From Squalus acanthias (lineage: Eukaryota), in the NCBI GenBank assembly GCA_030390025.1, contig CM059431.1, forward strand, positions 135,224,001 through 135,288,000: a stretch of 64,000 nt of DNA. The letters are read 5' to 3'. The notes beneath the pieces were generated by a model. It was not told where the DNA came from, ran no database searches, and saw only the letters and a list, made by a program, of their open reading frames with translations. A program made the translations under genes and the position numbers. Shown here piece by piece: positions 47,959 through 60,570 of this stretch. The stretch's first letter is position 1. The number at the start of each line of letters is the position of its first letter.

Positions 47959-50895
47959 ATGCAGTCAGAAACAAATGTTAGAAGGGTGAGAAACAATAGG
48001 GGAAGGCCGAGTAAACAAAGGCAAGAAACACAAAGGGCCATACTAAATCATAAGTCTAAAAGGACAAAGGATGTTAATAAAACAAGCCTAAAGGCTCTGT
48101 GTCTTAATGCAAGGAGTATCCGTAATAAGGTGGATGAATTGACTGTGCAAATAGATGTTAACGGATACGATGTGATTGGGATTACAGAGACGTGGCTCCA
48201 GAACAATCAAGGCTGGGAACTGAACATCCAGGGGTATTCAACATTCAGAAAGGATAGAATAAAAGGAAAAGGGGGTGGGGTAGCATTGCTGGTTAAAGAG
48301 GAGATTAATGCAATAGCTAGGAAGGACATCAGCTTGGAGGATGTGGAATCAATATGGGTTGAGCTGCAGAACACCAAAGGGCAGAAAACGTTAGTGGGAG
48401 TTGTGTACAGACCTCCAAACAGCAGTAGTGAGGTGGGGGAGGGTATGAAACAGGAAATCAGAGGTGCGTGCAAAAAAGGCACGGCAGTTATCATGGGTGA
48501 CTTTAATATGCATATAGATTGGGCTACTCAAACTGAAAGCAATACGGTGGAGGAGGATTTCCTGGAGTGTTTAAGGGATGGTTTCCTAAACCAATATGTT
48601 GAGGAACCAACTCGAGGGGAGGCCATCCTGGACTGGGTGTTGTGTAATGAGGAAGGACTAATCAGCAATCTTGTGGTACGAGGCCCCCTGGGGAAGAGTG
48701 ACCATAGTATGGTGGAGTTCTACATTAGGATGGAGAAGGAAACAGTTAAGTCAGAGACCATGGTCCAGAACTTAAATAAGGGCAACTTTGAGGGTATGAG
48801 GCGTGAATTGGCGAGGTTAAATTGGCAAGCGATATTTAAGGGGCTATCAGTGGAAGGGCAATGGCAGACATTTAGAGATCGCATGGATGAACTACAACAA
48901 TTGTACATCCCGGTCTGGCGTAAAAATAAAAAAGGGAAGGTGGCTCAACCATGGCTAACAAGGGAAATCAGGGATAGTATTAAAACCAAGGAAGTTGCAT
49001 ACAAATTGGCCAGAAGTAGCAGCAAACCCGGGGACTGGGAGAACTTCAAAACTCAGCAGAGGAGGACGAAGGGTTTGATTAGGGCAGGGAAAATAAAATA
49101 TGAAAGGAAGCTTGCAGAGAACATTAAAATGGACAGCAAAAGCTTCTATAAATATGTAAAAAGAAAGAGGTTAGTAAAAACAAACGTAGGTCCCCTGCAG
49201 TCGGAAACAGGGGAAGTCGTAATGGGGAACAAGGAAATGGCAGATCAATTGAACAAGTACTTTGGTTCGGTGTTTACTGTGGAGGACACACACAACCTGC
49301 CGGAAATAAAAGGGGTCAGAGGATCTGGTAAGAGGGAGGAGCTGAGGGAAATCCTTATTAGTCGGGAAAAGTTATTGGGGAAATTGATGGGACTGAAGGC
49401 TGAAAAATCCCCAGGGCCTGATGGTCTGCATCCCAGAGTACTTAAGGAGGTGGCCTTGGAAATAGTGGATGCATTGACAATCATTTTCCAACATTCCTTA
49501 GACTCTGGATCAGTTCCGATGGAGTGGAGGGTGGCCAATGTAACCCCTCTTTTTAAAAAAGGAGGGAGGGAGAAAGCAGGGAATTATAGACCGGTCAGCC
49601 TGACATCGGTTGTGGGTAAAATGATGGAAGCAATTATTAAAGATGTCATAACAGACCATTTGGAAAGTGGCGACATGATAGGTCCAAGTCAGCATGGATT
49701 TGTGAAAGGGAAATCATGCTTGACAAATCTTCTGGAATTTTTTGAGGATGTTTCCAATAGGGTGGACAGGGGGGAACCAGTAGATGTGGTGTATTTGGAC
49801 TTTCAGAAGGCCTTCGACAAGGTTCCACACAAGAGATTGGTGAGCAAAGTTAAAGCACATGGGATTGGGGGTAATGTGTTGACGTGGATTGAGAACTGGT
49901 TGGCACACAGGAAACAAAGAGTAGGAGTAAATGGGTACTTTTCAGAATGGCAGGCAGTGACCAGCGGGGTACCGCAGGGTTCGGTGCTGGGACCCCAGCT
50001 GTTTACATTATATATTAATGATTTGGACGAAGGGATTAAATGTAATATCTCCAAATTTGCGGATGACACTAAATTGGGAGGCAGTGTGAACAATGAGGAG
50101 GATGCTAGGAGGCTACAGAGTGACTTGGACAGGTTGGGTGAATGGGCAAATGTATGGCAGATGAAGTACAATGTGGATAAATGTGAGGTTATCCACTTTG
50201 GTGGTAAAAATAGAGAGGCGGACTATTACCTGAATGGTGGCAGATTAGGGAAAGGGGAGGTGCAACGAGACCTGGGCATCATGGTACATCAGTCATTGAA
50301 GGTGGGAATGCAAGTGCAGCAGGCAGTCAAGAAAGCAAACGGAATGATGGCCTTCATAGTAAGGGGATTTGAGTACAGGAGTAGGGAGGTGATGCTGCAG
50401 TTGTACAGGGCCTTGGTGAGGCCACACCTGGAGTATTGTGCGCAGTTTTGGTCTCCTAACTTAAGGAAGGACATTCTTGCTATTGAGGGAGTGCAGCGAA
50501 GGTTCACTAGATTGATTCCTGGGATGGCCGGACTGACATATCAAGAAAGATTGGGTCAACTGAACTTGTATCCTCTGGAGTTCAGAAGAATGAGGGGGGA
50601 TCTTATAGAGACATTTAAAATCCTGACTGGTTTAGACAAATTAGATGCGGGCAGAATGTTCCCAATGGTAGGGAAAACTAGAACCAGGGGTCACAGTCTA
50701 AGGATTAAGGGGAAGCCATTTAGGACTGAGCTGAGGAGGAACTTCTTCACCCAGAGAGTGGTGAATCTATGGAATTCTCTTCCACAGAAGATTGTTGAGG
50801 CCAGTTCGCTAAATATATTCAAAAGGGAGTTAGATATAACACTCACAACTAGGGGGATCAAGGGGTATGGCGAGAAAGCAGGAATGGAGTACTGA
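47959..50895 (+). CDS. CR1 ORF2: APE-type endonuclease plus reverse transcriptase (978 aa; the frame is open upstream to 47902)
   Basis: LNARS, ITETWL, YRPP, GDFN and SDH (EN); [28 protein letters not shown] and FADD (RT). No stops. Confidence 0.96.
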   Translation: MQSETNVRRVRNNRGRPSKQRQETQRAILNHKSKRTKDVNKTSLKALCLNARSIRNKVDELTVQIDVNGYDVIGITETWLQNNQGWELNIQGYSTFRKDRIKGKGGGVALLVKEEINAIARKDISLEDVESIWVELQNTKGQKTLVGVVYRPPNSSSEVGEGMKQEIRGACKKGTAVIMGDFNMHIDWATQTESNTVEEDFLECLRDGFLNQYVEEPTRGEAILDWVLCNEEGLISNLVVRGPLGKSDHSMVEFYIRMEKETVKSETMVQNLNKGNFEGMRRELARLNWQAIFKGLSVEGQWQTFRDRMDELQQLYIPVWRKNKKGKVAQPWLTREIRDSIKTKEVAYKLARSSSKPGDWENFKTQQRRTKGLIRAGKIKYERKLAENIKMDSKSFYKYVKRKRLVKTNVGPLQSETGEVVMGNKEMADQLNKYFGSVFTVEDTHNLPEIKGVRGSGKREELREILISREKLLGKLMGLKAEKSPGPDGLHPRVLKEVALEIVDALTIIFQHSLDSGSVPMEWRVANVTPLFKKGGREKAGNYRPVSLTSVVGKMMEAIIKDVITDHLESGDMIGPSQHGFVKGKSCLTNLLEFFEDVSNRVDRGEPVDVVYLDFQKAFDKVPHKRLVSKVKAHGIGGNVLTWIENWLAHRKQRVGVNGYFSEWQAVTSGVPQGSVLGPQLFTLYINDLDEGIKCNISKFADDTKLGGSVNNEEDARRLQSDLDRLGEWANVWQMKYNVDKCEVIHFGGKNREADYYLNGGRLGKGEVQRDLGIMVHQSLKVGMQVQQAVKKANGMMAFIVRGFEYRSREVMLQLYRALVRPHLEYCAQFWSPNLRKDILAIEGVQRRFTRLIPGMAGLTYQERLGQLNLYPLEFRRMRGDLIETFKILTGLDKLDAGRMFPMVGKTRTRGHSLRIKGKPFRTELRRNFFTQRVVNLWNSLPQKIVEASSLNIFKRELDITLTTRGIKGYGEKAGMEY

Positions 50896-51764
50896 GGTAG
50901 CATGTTCAGCCATGAACGCATTGAATGGCGGTGCAGGCTCGAAGGACCGAATGGTCTACTCCTGTACCTATTTTCTATGTTTCTATGTTTCTATGGAGGG
51001 TGGACGATGGGAGAGCATTGAAATAGTTAAGCCTGGAGTTGACAAAGGCATGGATGAGGGATTCAACGGCAGATGGAGTGAGGTAGGGGTAGTGAGGGGT
51101 GATGTTATGGAGGTAGAAGTAGACAGTCTTTGTAATGGCAAGACATGGAGTCAGAAGCTCAGTTCGGGGTTAAATAGGATGCTGAGGTTGCGAACATTCT
51201 GGTTCAGCCTGAGACAGTGGTCAAGGAGAGAGATTGACTCAGTGGCTAGGGAACAGCGTTCGTACCGGGGGCCAAAGACTCTGCTTTCATCTTCCCAATG
51301 TGTAATTGTAGGAACTTTTGCCCACCCAGAACTGGAAGTTGGATAAACAGTCTGAAAGCAGGTCGAGAGAGGTAGTGGTGAGATAAAGTGTTAAGATCGG
51401 CTGGGCCTCTGTGTTCCCGGCCTTGGCGGGTTCTTCCCACACTCCCATGCTTCCCAGCACCCTCCCCTCCTCCCTGTTAATATCAGGGCCCATGTCTTTG
51501 CATCATGTCGCCGAGGGGCAGCAAATAGATGAGAAATAGGAGGGGGCCAGGGATAGATCCTTGGGGACTACAGAGGTAATGACACAGGGACAGGAAGAGA
51601 AGCCATTGCAGGAGATTCTCTGGCTATGACTGGATAGGCAAGAATGGAACCAGGTGAGGGCAGTCCCACTCAACTAGACAATGGAAGAGAGACATTCGAG
51701 GAGGATGGTGTGCTCAACCATGTCCAAGGCTGCAGAGAGATCGAGAAGGATGAGGAGGGATAGT

Positions 51765-52960
51765 GGCCCATATTTTCCGATGCCTACGGGTGTGTACGAG
51801 CTGTGTACACACCCGTAGGGACATAGGAAATGCCGGTTTCAGGCATGCAAAGCGCATGTGCTGAAAACCGGCATTTCCAATCTGTCAAGAATGCTCTTGA
51901 CAAATCGGACGTCTGCCCTAGAGAAGGGCCGCTGCGGGGGGAATGTTCCGCTTTCTGCAGAACCTCCGCCCGCTGAAAACCCTTAGAAATCTTATGCCTG
52001 ACACATCACCAGGCACACCAACATCACCAACAACATCACCAACCTTCTCCGCCATCATCTGATGCTGCACTTGACACAGGGCATCAGCCCCTGACAACAT
52101 TGCTGCCCGGGAGGCCAGCGATGGCATCACCATGGCCAGATTTTCTTCACATGATGCGTCAGGTTGACACCATCCCACACCAGCACCATGAAGCATCCCT
52201 TTAATGTCCAAACCATTCCATGCACACTCATCACTATAGTGGGGGAGAGGGGGGGGCGGTGCAGTGGGATGTTATGACTGAACAATCACTGGAACTCAGT
52301 AAGACGCTTCTCAAGGTGCGCTCAGATCTGTCCAATAAGGGGCAGTTTTGGAAAAATAGATTTCACTGTATGACAACACATTACCAGAAACTTCACATGG
52401 ACATTGGCTAAACCTCTCAAGTGCCGACCCTTGTGTGTTGTTAGTTGGTATGCTTGCAGTAGGATGAGGGTGAGTGTGAGGGGTGGCTAGTGAGATGGGG
52501 AAGTGATAAAGTAGATAGAGAGGGTTGGGTATAGCTGCAAGGTAAGTTGGTGTCCTGGGACGGTCTCTTCCACAATTGGAAGGGAAGAGAACCTCCCTGC
52601 GTGCTGTGACTCCCTCCATAAGCATATGGAGGGAGTCATTGGAGAGCCTGGGTTCAAGCGTTCACCTTTGTGCATTGATTCTCAGTGTTTGCAGCACCTC
52701 AATGCTGTCAAACACTGACAGAACAACTGTCAAACTCCATGTGGACATGGTCCCTTTCAGGAAACCGGCTGATGACGCGTCATCAAATGATGTCATCAGA
52801 CCTGCTTCCTGTTAATTGGCCGGGAAGCCCACAGGACTGGGCTTAAAAAGGCCAATCAAGGAAAAATCACGTCTACAGAGCAGATGCAGCTGGGAGCGGG
52901 ACTGGAACCTGGAAACCAACTCTCCCGCCACCATCCCGCCTCCTCCATTAAATTCGTGGT
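51765..52960. mobile_element. Chimeric Harbinger-derived segment: family B MITE end fused to an inverted 7236-type element
   Basis: 51765-52000 matches 9218-9450. 52000-52960 matches the reverse complement of 7236-7520 plus 13302-14200. Confidence 0.7.
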
Positions 52961-55900
52961 CTTTGTGTCCTTCTCACAACTTGCTTTCCCACCTATCTTT
53001 GTATCATCAGCAAATTTGGCTACAGTACACTCAGTCCCTTCATCCAAGTCATTAATACAGATTGTAAATAGTTGAGGCCCCAGCACTGATCCCTGTGGCA
53101 CCCCACTAGTTACAGTTTGCCAACCTGAAAATGACCCATTTATCCCGACTCTCTGTTTTCTATTAGTTAGCCCATCCTAATCCATGCTAATATATTACCC
53201 CCAAAACCATGAGCTCTTATCTTGTGCATTAACCTTTAATGTGGCACCTTATTGAATGCCTTTTAGAAATCTAAATTCACTACATCTACTGGTTCCCCTT
53301 TATCCACCCTGCTCGTTATGTCCTCAAAGAACTCTAATAAATTTGTCAAACACAATTTCCCTTTCATGAAACCATGTTGACTCTGCTTGATTGTATTATA
53401 ATTTTCTAAATGCCCTGCTATTACTTCTTTAATAATGGATTCCAGCATTTTCCCAATGACAGATGTTAGGCTAACTGGCCTATAGTTTCCTGCTTTCTGT
53501 CTCCCTCCTTTCTTGAATATGGGCGTTACATTTGCGGTTTTCCAATCCAATGGGACCTTTCCAGAGTCTAGGGAATTTTGGAAGATTACAACCAATGCAT
53601 CCATTATCTCTGCAGCCACTTCTTTTAAAGCACTAGGATGCAGGCCACCAAGTCCAGGGGACATGTCAGCCTTTAGTCCCATTAGTTTATCTAGTACTTT
53701 TTCTCTAGTGATAGTGATTGTTTTAGTTCTTCCCTCCTCTTTGCCCCTTGATTTTCCACTATTATTGGGATGCTTTTACTGTCTTCTACTGTGAAGACAG
53801 ATACAAAATATTTGTTAAAAGTCTCTGCCATTTTCTTGTTTCCCATTATTAATTCCCCAGTCTCATCCTCTAAGGGACCAACGTTTACTTTAGCTACTCT
53901 CTTCCTTTTTTCTAGCTTTTTATATAGCTTTAACTGTCTGTTTTTATATTTCTTGCTAGTTTACTCTCATAATCTATCTTCTCCCTCTTTATTTCTTTTT
54001 AGTCATCCTTTGCAAGTTTCTAAAAATTTTCCATTCTTCTAGCCTACCACTAAACTTTGCAACATTGTATGCCTTTTCTTTCAATTTGCTACCCTCCTTA
54101 ACTTTCTTAGTTAGCCACAGATGGTTCATCCTTCTCGTAGAGTCTTTCTTTCTCATTGGAATATATCTTTGTTGAGAGTTATGAAATATCTCCTTAAAAG
54201 TCTGCCACTGCTTATCTACTGTTTTACCTTTTAATCTATTTTCCCAGTCCACTTTAGCCAACTCTGTCTTCATACCCTTGTAATTGCCTTTATTTAAGTT
54301 TAGGACACTAGTTTCACACCCAAGTTTCTCACCCTCAAACTGAATGTGAAATTCTATCATGTTATGATCGCTCTTCCCTTGAGGATCCTTTACTATGAGA
54401 TCATTAATTAATTCTGTCTCATTACACATTACTAGATCAAAAATAACCTGTTCCCTGGTCGGTTCCACAATGTATTGTTCTAAGAAACTGTCCTGAATAC
54501 ACTCTATGAACTCGTCCTCAAGGCTACCTTTGCCAATTTGATTTGTCCAATCTATATGAAGATTAAAATCGCCCACGATTATTGCAGTACCTTTCTTACA
54601 AGCTCTCATTATTTCTTTATTTATACTCTGTCCCACAGTGTAGCTACTGTTAGGGTGCCTATAGATGACTCCCACCAATGACTTCTTTCCCTTATTATTT
54701 CTTATCTCCACCCAAACTGATTCTACATTTTGATCATCCGAGCCAAGATCATTTCTCACTACTGTACTGATCTCATCCTTTATTAACAGAGCTAGCCCAC
54801 CTCCTTTTCCTTTCTGCCTATCCTTCCGAAATGTCAAATACCCCTGAATATTCAGTTTCCAGCCTTGGTCACCTTGCAGCCACGTCTCTGTAATGGCTAT
54901 CAGATCATACCCATTTATTTCTATTTGTACCGTCAATTCATCTATCTTGTTACAAATGCTGTGTGCATTCAGATAAAGAGCCTTTAATGTTGTCTTTTTA
55001 CCATTTTTCGCTACTCTGACCCGATTTGCTGGTGCACTCTCATGCTTGTACGCTCTGTCCCTTCCTGTCACACTCTGGTTATGAGAACCCCTATCGCTAC
55101 CCTGCACTATTGCCTTGTCCTTTCTCTTTAACTTTCTAAATTTCCCCTCACCTGAACCCTTCCCCCCACTATTTAGTTTAAAGCCCTATCTACAGCCCTA
55201 GTTATTCGATTCGCCAGGACACTGGTCCCAGCACGGTTCAAGTGAAGCTCATCCCAACGGAACAGCTCCCTCTTACCCCAGTACTGATGCCAGTGCCCCA
55301 TGAATCAAAACCCATTTCTCCCACACCAATCCTTGAGCCACACATTCATCTCTCTGATCTTATTGACTCTATGCCAATTTGCTCGTGGCTCAGGTAGTAA
55401 TCCAGAGATTATTACCTTTGTGGTTCTGCTTTTTAATTTAGCCCCTAGCTGCTCATACTCCCTCAGCAGAACCTCTTTCTTAGTCCTACCTATGTAGTTG
55501 GTACCTACGTGGACCATAACAACTGGATCCTTCCCCTCCCACTCCAAGTTCCTCTCTGTCCCCAAGGAGATGTCCTTAACCCTGGCAGGCAACATAGCCT
55601 TCAGGACTCACGCTCTCGGCTGCAGAGAACAGTATCTATCCCCCTAACTATACTGTCCCCTACCACTACTACATTCCTTTTTACTCCCACAACTTGAATG
55701 GCCCCCTATACCATGGTGCTGTGGTCAGTTTGCTCATCTCCCTGCAGTTCCTGCTCTCGTCCACACAGGCTGCAAGTACCTCGTACCTGTTGCAATGGCT
55801 GAGGCTCCTCCAATGCTACCTTCTGGATCCCCATACCTGCCTCAGTTGTAGTCACACCCTCCTGTCCCTGACCACGGACCAAATCTGAAGTATTTAACCT

Positions 55901-56275
55901 AAAGGGTGTGACTGCCTCCTGGAACAAAGTGGCCAGGTAACTTTCTCCCTCCCTGATGTATCGCAGTGTCCAAAGCTCGGACTCCAGCTCATCAATTCTG
56001 AGCTGCAGTTCCTCGAGCTGCAGACACTTACTGCAGATGTGATCGCTGTGGATCACACTGGGGTCCAACAGCTCCCACATGCTACAGCTGCAACACATCA
56101 CTTGCCCTGCCATCTCTATTGTATTTTATTTAACTAATTAGGTTTTCAAGTTTTGAAATACTCAATTGTCTATTAATAGTTTTTAATCTAGGTAATAACC
56201 TTGTTTAATTTATTAAATTTAGTTATATGCTTTAGGTCTTTACTGTAACTTAGCCCACTGTCCTAATTTAACCCT
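52961..56275 (-). mobile_element. Degenerate CR1 LINE with 5' region, ORF1 and ORF2 to mid-RT (3'-deleted)
   Basis: MAGQVMCCSC..HICSKC, HVGTN, a 372-aa EN ORF and [13 protein letters not shown]. Confidence 0.92.
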
Positions 56276-56276
56276 A

Positions 56277-59200
56277 ATAAGATCATGGCTGATTTTCTAC
56301 CTCAACTCCACCTTCCCGCACTATCCCCATATCAGTTTAATATCCAAAAATCTATCGATCTCTGTCTTGAATATACTCAACAACTGAGCATCCACAGCCC
56401 TCTGGGGTAGAGAATTCCAAAGATTCACCACCCTCTGAGTGAAGAAATTTCTCCTCATCTCAGTCCTAAATGGCCGACCCCTTATTCTGAGACTGTGACC
56501 CCTAGTTCTAGACTCCCCAGCCAGGGGAAACATCCTCCCTGCATCTACCCTGTCAAGCCCTGTAAGAATTTTATATGTTTCAATGAGATCACCTCTCCTT
56601 CTTCTAAATTATAGGGAATATAGGCCTAGTCTCTTCAATCTTTCCTCATAGGACAATTGCCCCATCCCAGGAATCAGTCTGGTGAACCTTTGTTGCAAAT
56701 AAGGTAAATAAGACAAGTATATCCTTCCTTAGGTAAGGAGACCAAAACTGTACACAGTACTCCAGGTGTGGTCTCACCACGCCCTATATAATTGCAGTAA
56801 GACTTCTTTATTCTTGTATGCCAATCCTTTTGCAATAAAGGCTAACATACCATTTGCTTTCCTAATTGCTTGCTGTCCCCACATGTTAAATTTCAGTGAT
56901 TCGTGTATGAGGACACCCAGGTCCCTCTGAACAGCAACATTTCCCAATCTCTCAACATTTAAAAAATATTCTGCTTTTCTATTTTTCCGACCAAAGTGGA
57001 TAACTTCACATTTCTCCACATTATATTCCATCTGCCAAGCTCTTGCCCACTCACTTAATTTGTCCACATCTCTTTGCAGCCTCTTTGCATCCTCTTCACT
57101 ACTTACTTTCCCACCCAGCTATGTATCGTCTGCAAACTTGGATACATCACACTTGGTCCCCTTATCTAAGTCATTGATATAGATTGTAAATAGCGGAGGC
57201 CCAAGCACTGATCCTTGCAGTATCCCACTAGTTACAGCCTGCCAACCCGAAAATGACCCGTTTATTCACTCATTAGTAACAATACTGTGGAGGAGGAATT
57301 CCTAGAGCGTATACGGGATGGTTTCCTGGACCAATATGTCGAGGAACCAACTAGAGATCAGGCCATCTTAGACTGGGTATTATGTAATGAGAAAGGATTA
57401 ATTAGCAATCTTGTTGTGCGAGGCCCCCTGGGGAGGAGCGATCATAATATGATAGAATTCTTCATTAAGATGGAGAGTGAAGTAGTTGACTCAGAGACTA
57501 GGGTGCTGAATTTAAATAAAGGAAACTAAGATGCTATGAGGCGCGAGTTGGCTAGGATGGATTGGGGAATGTTACTTAAAGGGTTGACGGTGGATAGGCA
57601 ATGGCAAACATTTAAAAATCGCATGGATGAACTACAGAATTTGTTCATCACTGTTTGGCATAAAAATAAAACAGAAAAGGTGACTCAACCGTTGCTAACA
57701 TGGGAAATTAGGGATAGCATAAGATCCAAGGAGAGGACATATAAATTGGCCAGAAAAAGCAGCAAACCTGAGGATTGGGAGCAGTTTAGGATTCAGCAAA
57801 TGAGGACAAAGGGATTAATTAAGAGGGGGAAAATAGAGTATGAGAGTAAGCTTGCAGGGAACATAAAAACTGACTGTAAAAGCTTCTATAGATATGTGAA
57901 GAGAAAAAGATTGGTGAAGTCAAGCGTAGGTCCCTTGCAGTCAGAATCAGGGGAATTTATAATGGGGAACAAAGAAATGGCAGACCAATTAAATACATAC
58001 TTTGGTTCTGTCTTCACAAAGGAGGAGACAAATAAACTCCCAGAGATGTCAGGGAACATAGGGTCTAATGAGAGGGAGGAACTGAATGAAATCAGTATTT
58101 GTAGGGAAATGGTGTTAGGGAAATTGATGGGATTGAAGGCCAAGAAATACCCAGGGCATGATAATCTACATCCTAGGGTACTTAAGTAAGTGGCTCTAGA
58201 AATAGTAAATGCATTGCTGATCATCTTCCAAAATTCTATAGACTCTGGAACAGTTCCCATGGATTGGAGGGTAGCTAATGTAACCCCACTATTTTAAAAA
58301 GGTGGTAGAGAGAAAATGGGGAATTATAGACCGGTAAGCCTGACATCGGTAGTGGGGAAAATGCTAGAGTCCATTATAAAAGATGTAATAGCAGAGCACT
58401 TGGAAAACAGTGACAGGATCGGACAAAGTCAACATGGATTTACAAAAGGTAAATCATACTTGACTAATCTACTGGAATTTTTTGAGGATGTAACTGGTAG
58501 AATAGATAAGGGAGAACCAGTGGATGTGGTGTATTTGGACTTTCAGAAGGCTTTCGATAAGGACCCGCATAAGAGATTAGCGTGCAAAGTTAAAGCACAT
58601 GGGATTGGGGGTAAGGTACTGACTCGGATAGAAAACTGGTTGGCAGACAGGAAGCAAAGAGTTGGAATAAACGGGTCTTTTTCCGAGTGGCAGGCAGTGA
58701 CTAGTGGGGTACCGCAGGGATCGGTGTTAGGACCCCAGTTATTCACAATATATATTTATGATCTAGACGAGGGAACTCGATGTAATATCTCCAAGTTTGC
58801 AGACAACACAAAGCTGGGTGGGCGTGTGTGCTGTGAGGTGGATGCAGAGAAACTCCAGTATGATTTGGACAGGTTGGGTGATTGGGAAGATGCAGTATAA
58901 TGTGGATAAATGCGAGGTTATCCACTTTGGTGATAAAAACAGGAAGGCAGATTATTATCTGAATGGCAATAGATTGGGAAAAGGGGAAGTGCAACGAGAC
59001 CTGGGTGTCCTTGTGCACCAGTCGCTGAAGGTAAGCATGCAGGTGCAGCAGGCGGTTAAGAAGGCAAATGGTATGTTGGCCTTCATAGCGTGAGGATTCG
59101 AGTACAGGAGCAAGGATGTCTTGCTGCAGTTGTACAGGGCCTTGGTGAGACCACACCTTGAGTATTGTGTGCAGTTTTGGTCGCCTTATCTGAGGAAGGA

Positions 59201-60558
59201 TGTTCTTGCCATGGAGGGAGTGCAGCGAAGATTCACCAGACTGATACCTGGGATGGCAGGAATGATGTATGAAGAGAGATTGGGTCGATTGGGCTTGTAT
59301 TCGCTAGAGTTTAGAAGAATGAGAGGGGATCTCATTGAAACTTATAAAATTCTAACAGGACTAGACAGACTAGATGCAGGAAGGATGTTCCCGATGGCGG
59401 GGGAGTCCAGAACCAGAGGTCACAGTCTAAGGATAAGGGGTAAGCCATTTAGGACTGAGATGAGGAGGAATTTCTTCACCCAGAGAGTGGTGAACCTGTG
59501 GAATTCTCTACCACAGAAGACAGTTGAGTCCATTTCATTAAATATATTCAAGAAGGAGTTAGATATATTTCTTAAGGCTAAGGGGATCAAGGGATATGGG
59601 GAGAAAGCAGGGACAGGGTACTGAATTTGGATGATCAGCCATGATCGCATTGAATGGCGGAGCAGGCTCGAGGGGTCGAATGGCCTACTCCTGCTCCTAT
59701 CTTCTATGTTCTATGTTCTATGTCTGTGTTTTTTGTCCAGTAACAAATCCTCAATCATATTACCCCCAATCCCATGAGCCCTAATTTTTATGTAATAACC
59801 TCTTGTGTGGCACTTTATTGAATGCTTTTTGAAAATCCAAATGCACTCCATCGACTGCTTCCCCTTATTTACCCTACTAGTTACAGCCTAAAACAACTCT
59901 TAACAGATTTGTCAAACATGATTTCCCTTTCATAAATCCATGTTGACTCATATTGTGATTATCAAAGTGTCCTGTTACCACGTCCATAATAATAGATTCT
60001 ATCATTTTCCCTACTACTGATGTCTGGCTAACTGTTCTATATTTCTCTGTTTCTCTCTCACTCCTTTCTTGAATAGCGGCGTTACATTTGCTACCTTTCA
60101 ATCCAAGGGGACCTTTCTAGAATCTAGGGAATTTTGGAAGATCAAAACCAATGCACCAATATCTCTGCAGATACCTCTTTTAAAACCATAGGATGTAAAC
60201 CATCAGGTCCAGGGAATTTATCGGATTTTAGTCCCATTAATTTCTCCAGTACTCTTTACTAATATTAATTTCTTTAAGTTCCTCATTCTCACTAGAGCCT
60301 TGATTCCCCACTATTTCTGGAATGTTTTTCGTGTCTTCTTCCATGAAGCCAGATACAAAGTATTTGTTTAATGTCTCTGCCATTTCCTTCATCATCACTA
60401 TAATTTCTCCTGTCTCTGCCTGTAAGGGACCCATGTTTACCTTCACTAATCTCTTCCTTTTTACATACCTATAGAAGCTTTTAGAATCTGTTTTTATGTC
60501 TCTTGCTCGTTTACTGTCTTATTTTATTTTCTCTCCATCAATTTCTTGGTCCTCTTTT
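56277..60558 (-). mobile_element. Degenerate CR1 LINE in two pieces (56277-57271 and 59724-60558)
   Basis: RT and C-terminal peptides; colinear across the inserted plus-strand CR1. Confidence 0.85.
57272..59723 (+). mobile_element. 5'-truncated CR1 LINE with a few stops and frameshifts
   Basis: Highly similar to ORF2 at 48540-50990; (TTCTATG)n tail. Confidence 0.93.
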
Positions 60559-60570
60559 CATAGAGTCATA

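Larger units (their letters stand above)
47409..50994 (+). mobile_element. Young CR1 LINE, 5'-truncated inside ORF1, with intact ORF2
   Basis: Uninterrupted esterase half of ORF1 and 978-aa ORF2. 3'UTR and (TTCTATGT)n tail at 50971-50994. Confidence 0.97.
45458..51764 (-). mobile_element. Old L2 LINE in pieces (45458-45695, 47175-47408, 50995-51764) split by two CR1 insertions
   Basis: The pieces align in order with the reverse complement of the L2 at 26100-27320. Confidence 0.7.
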
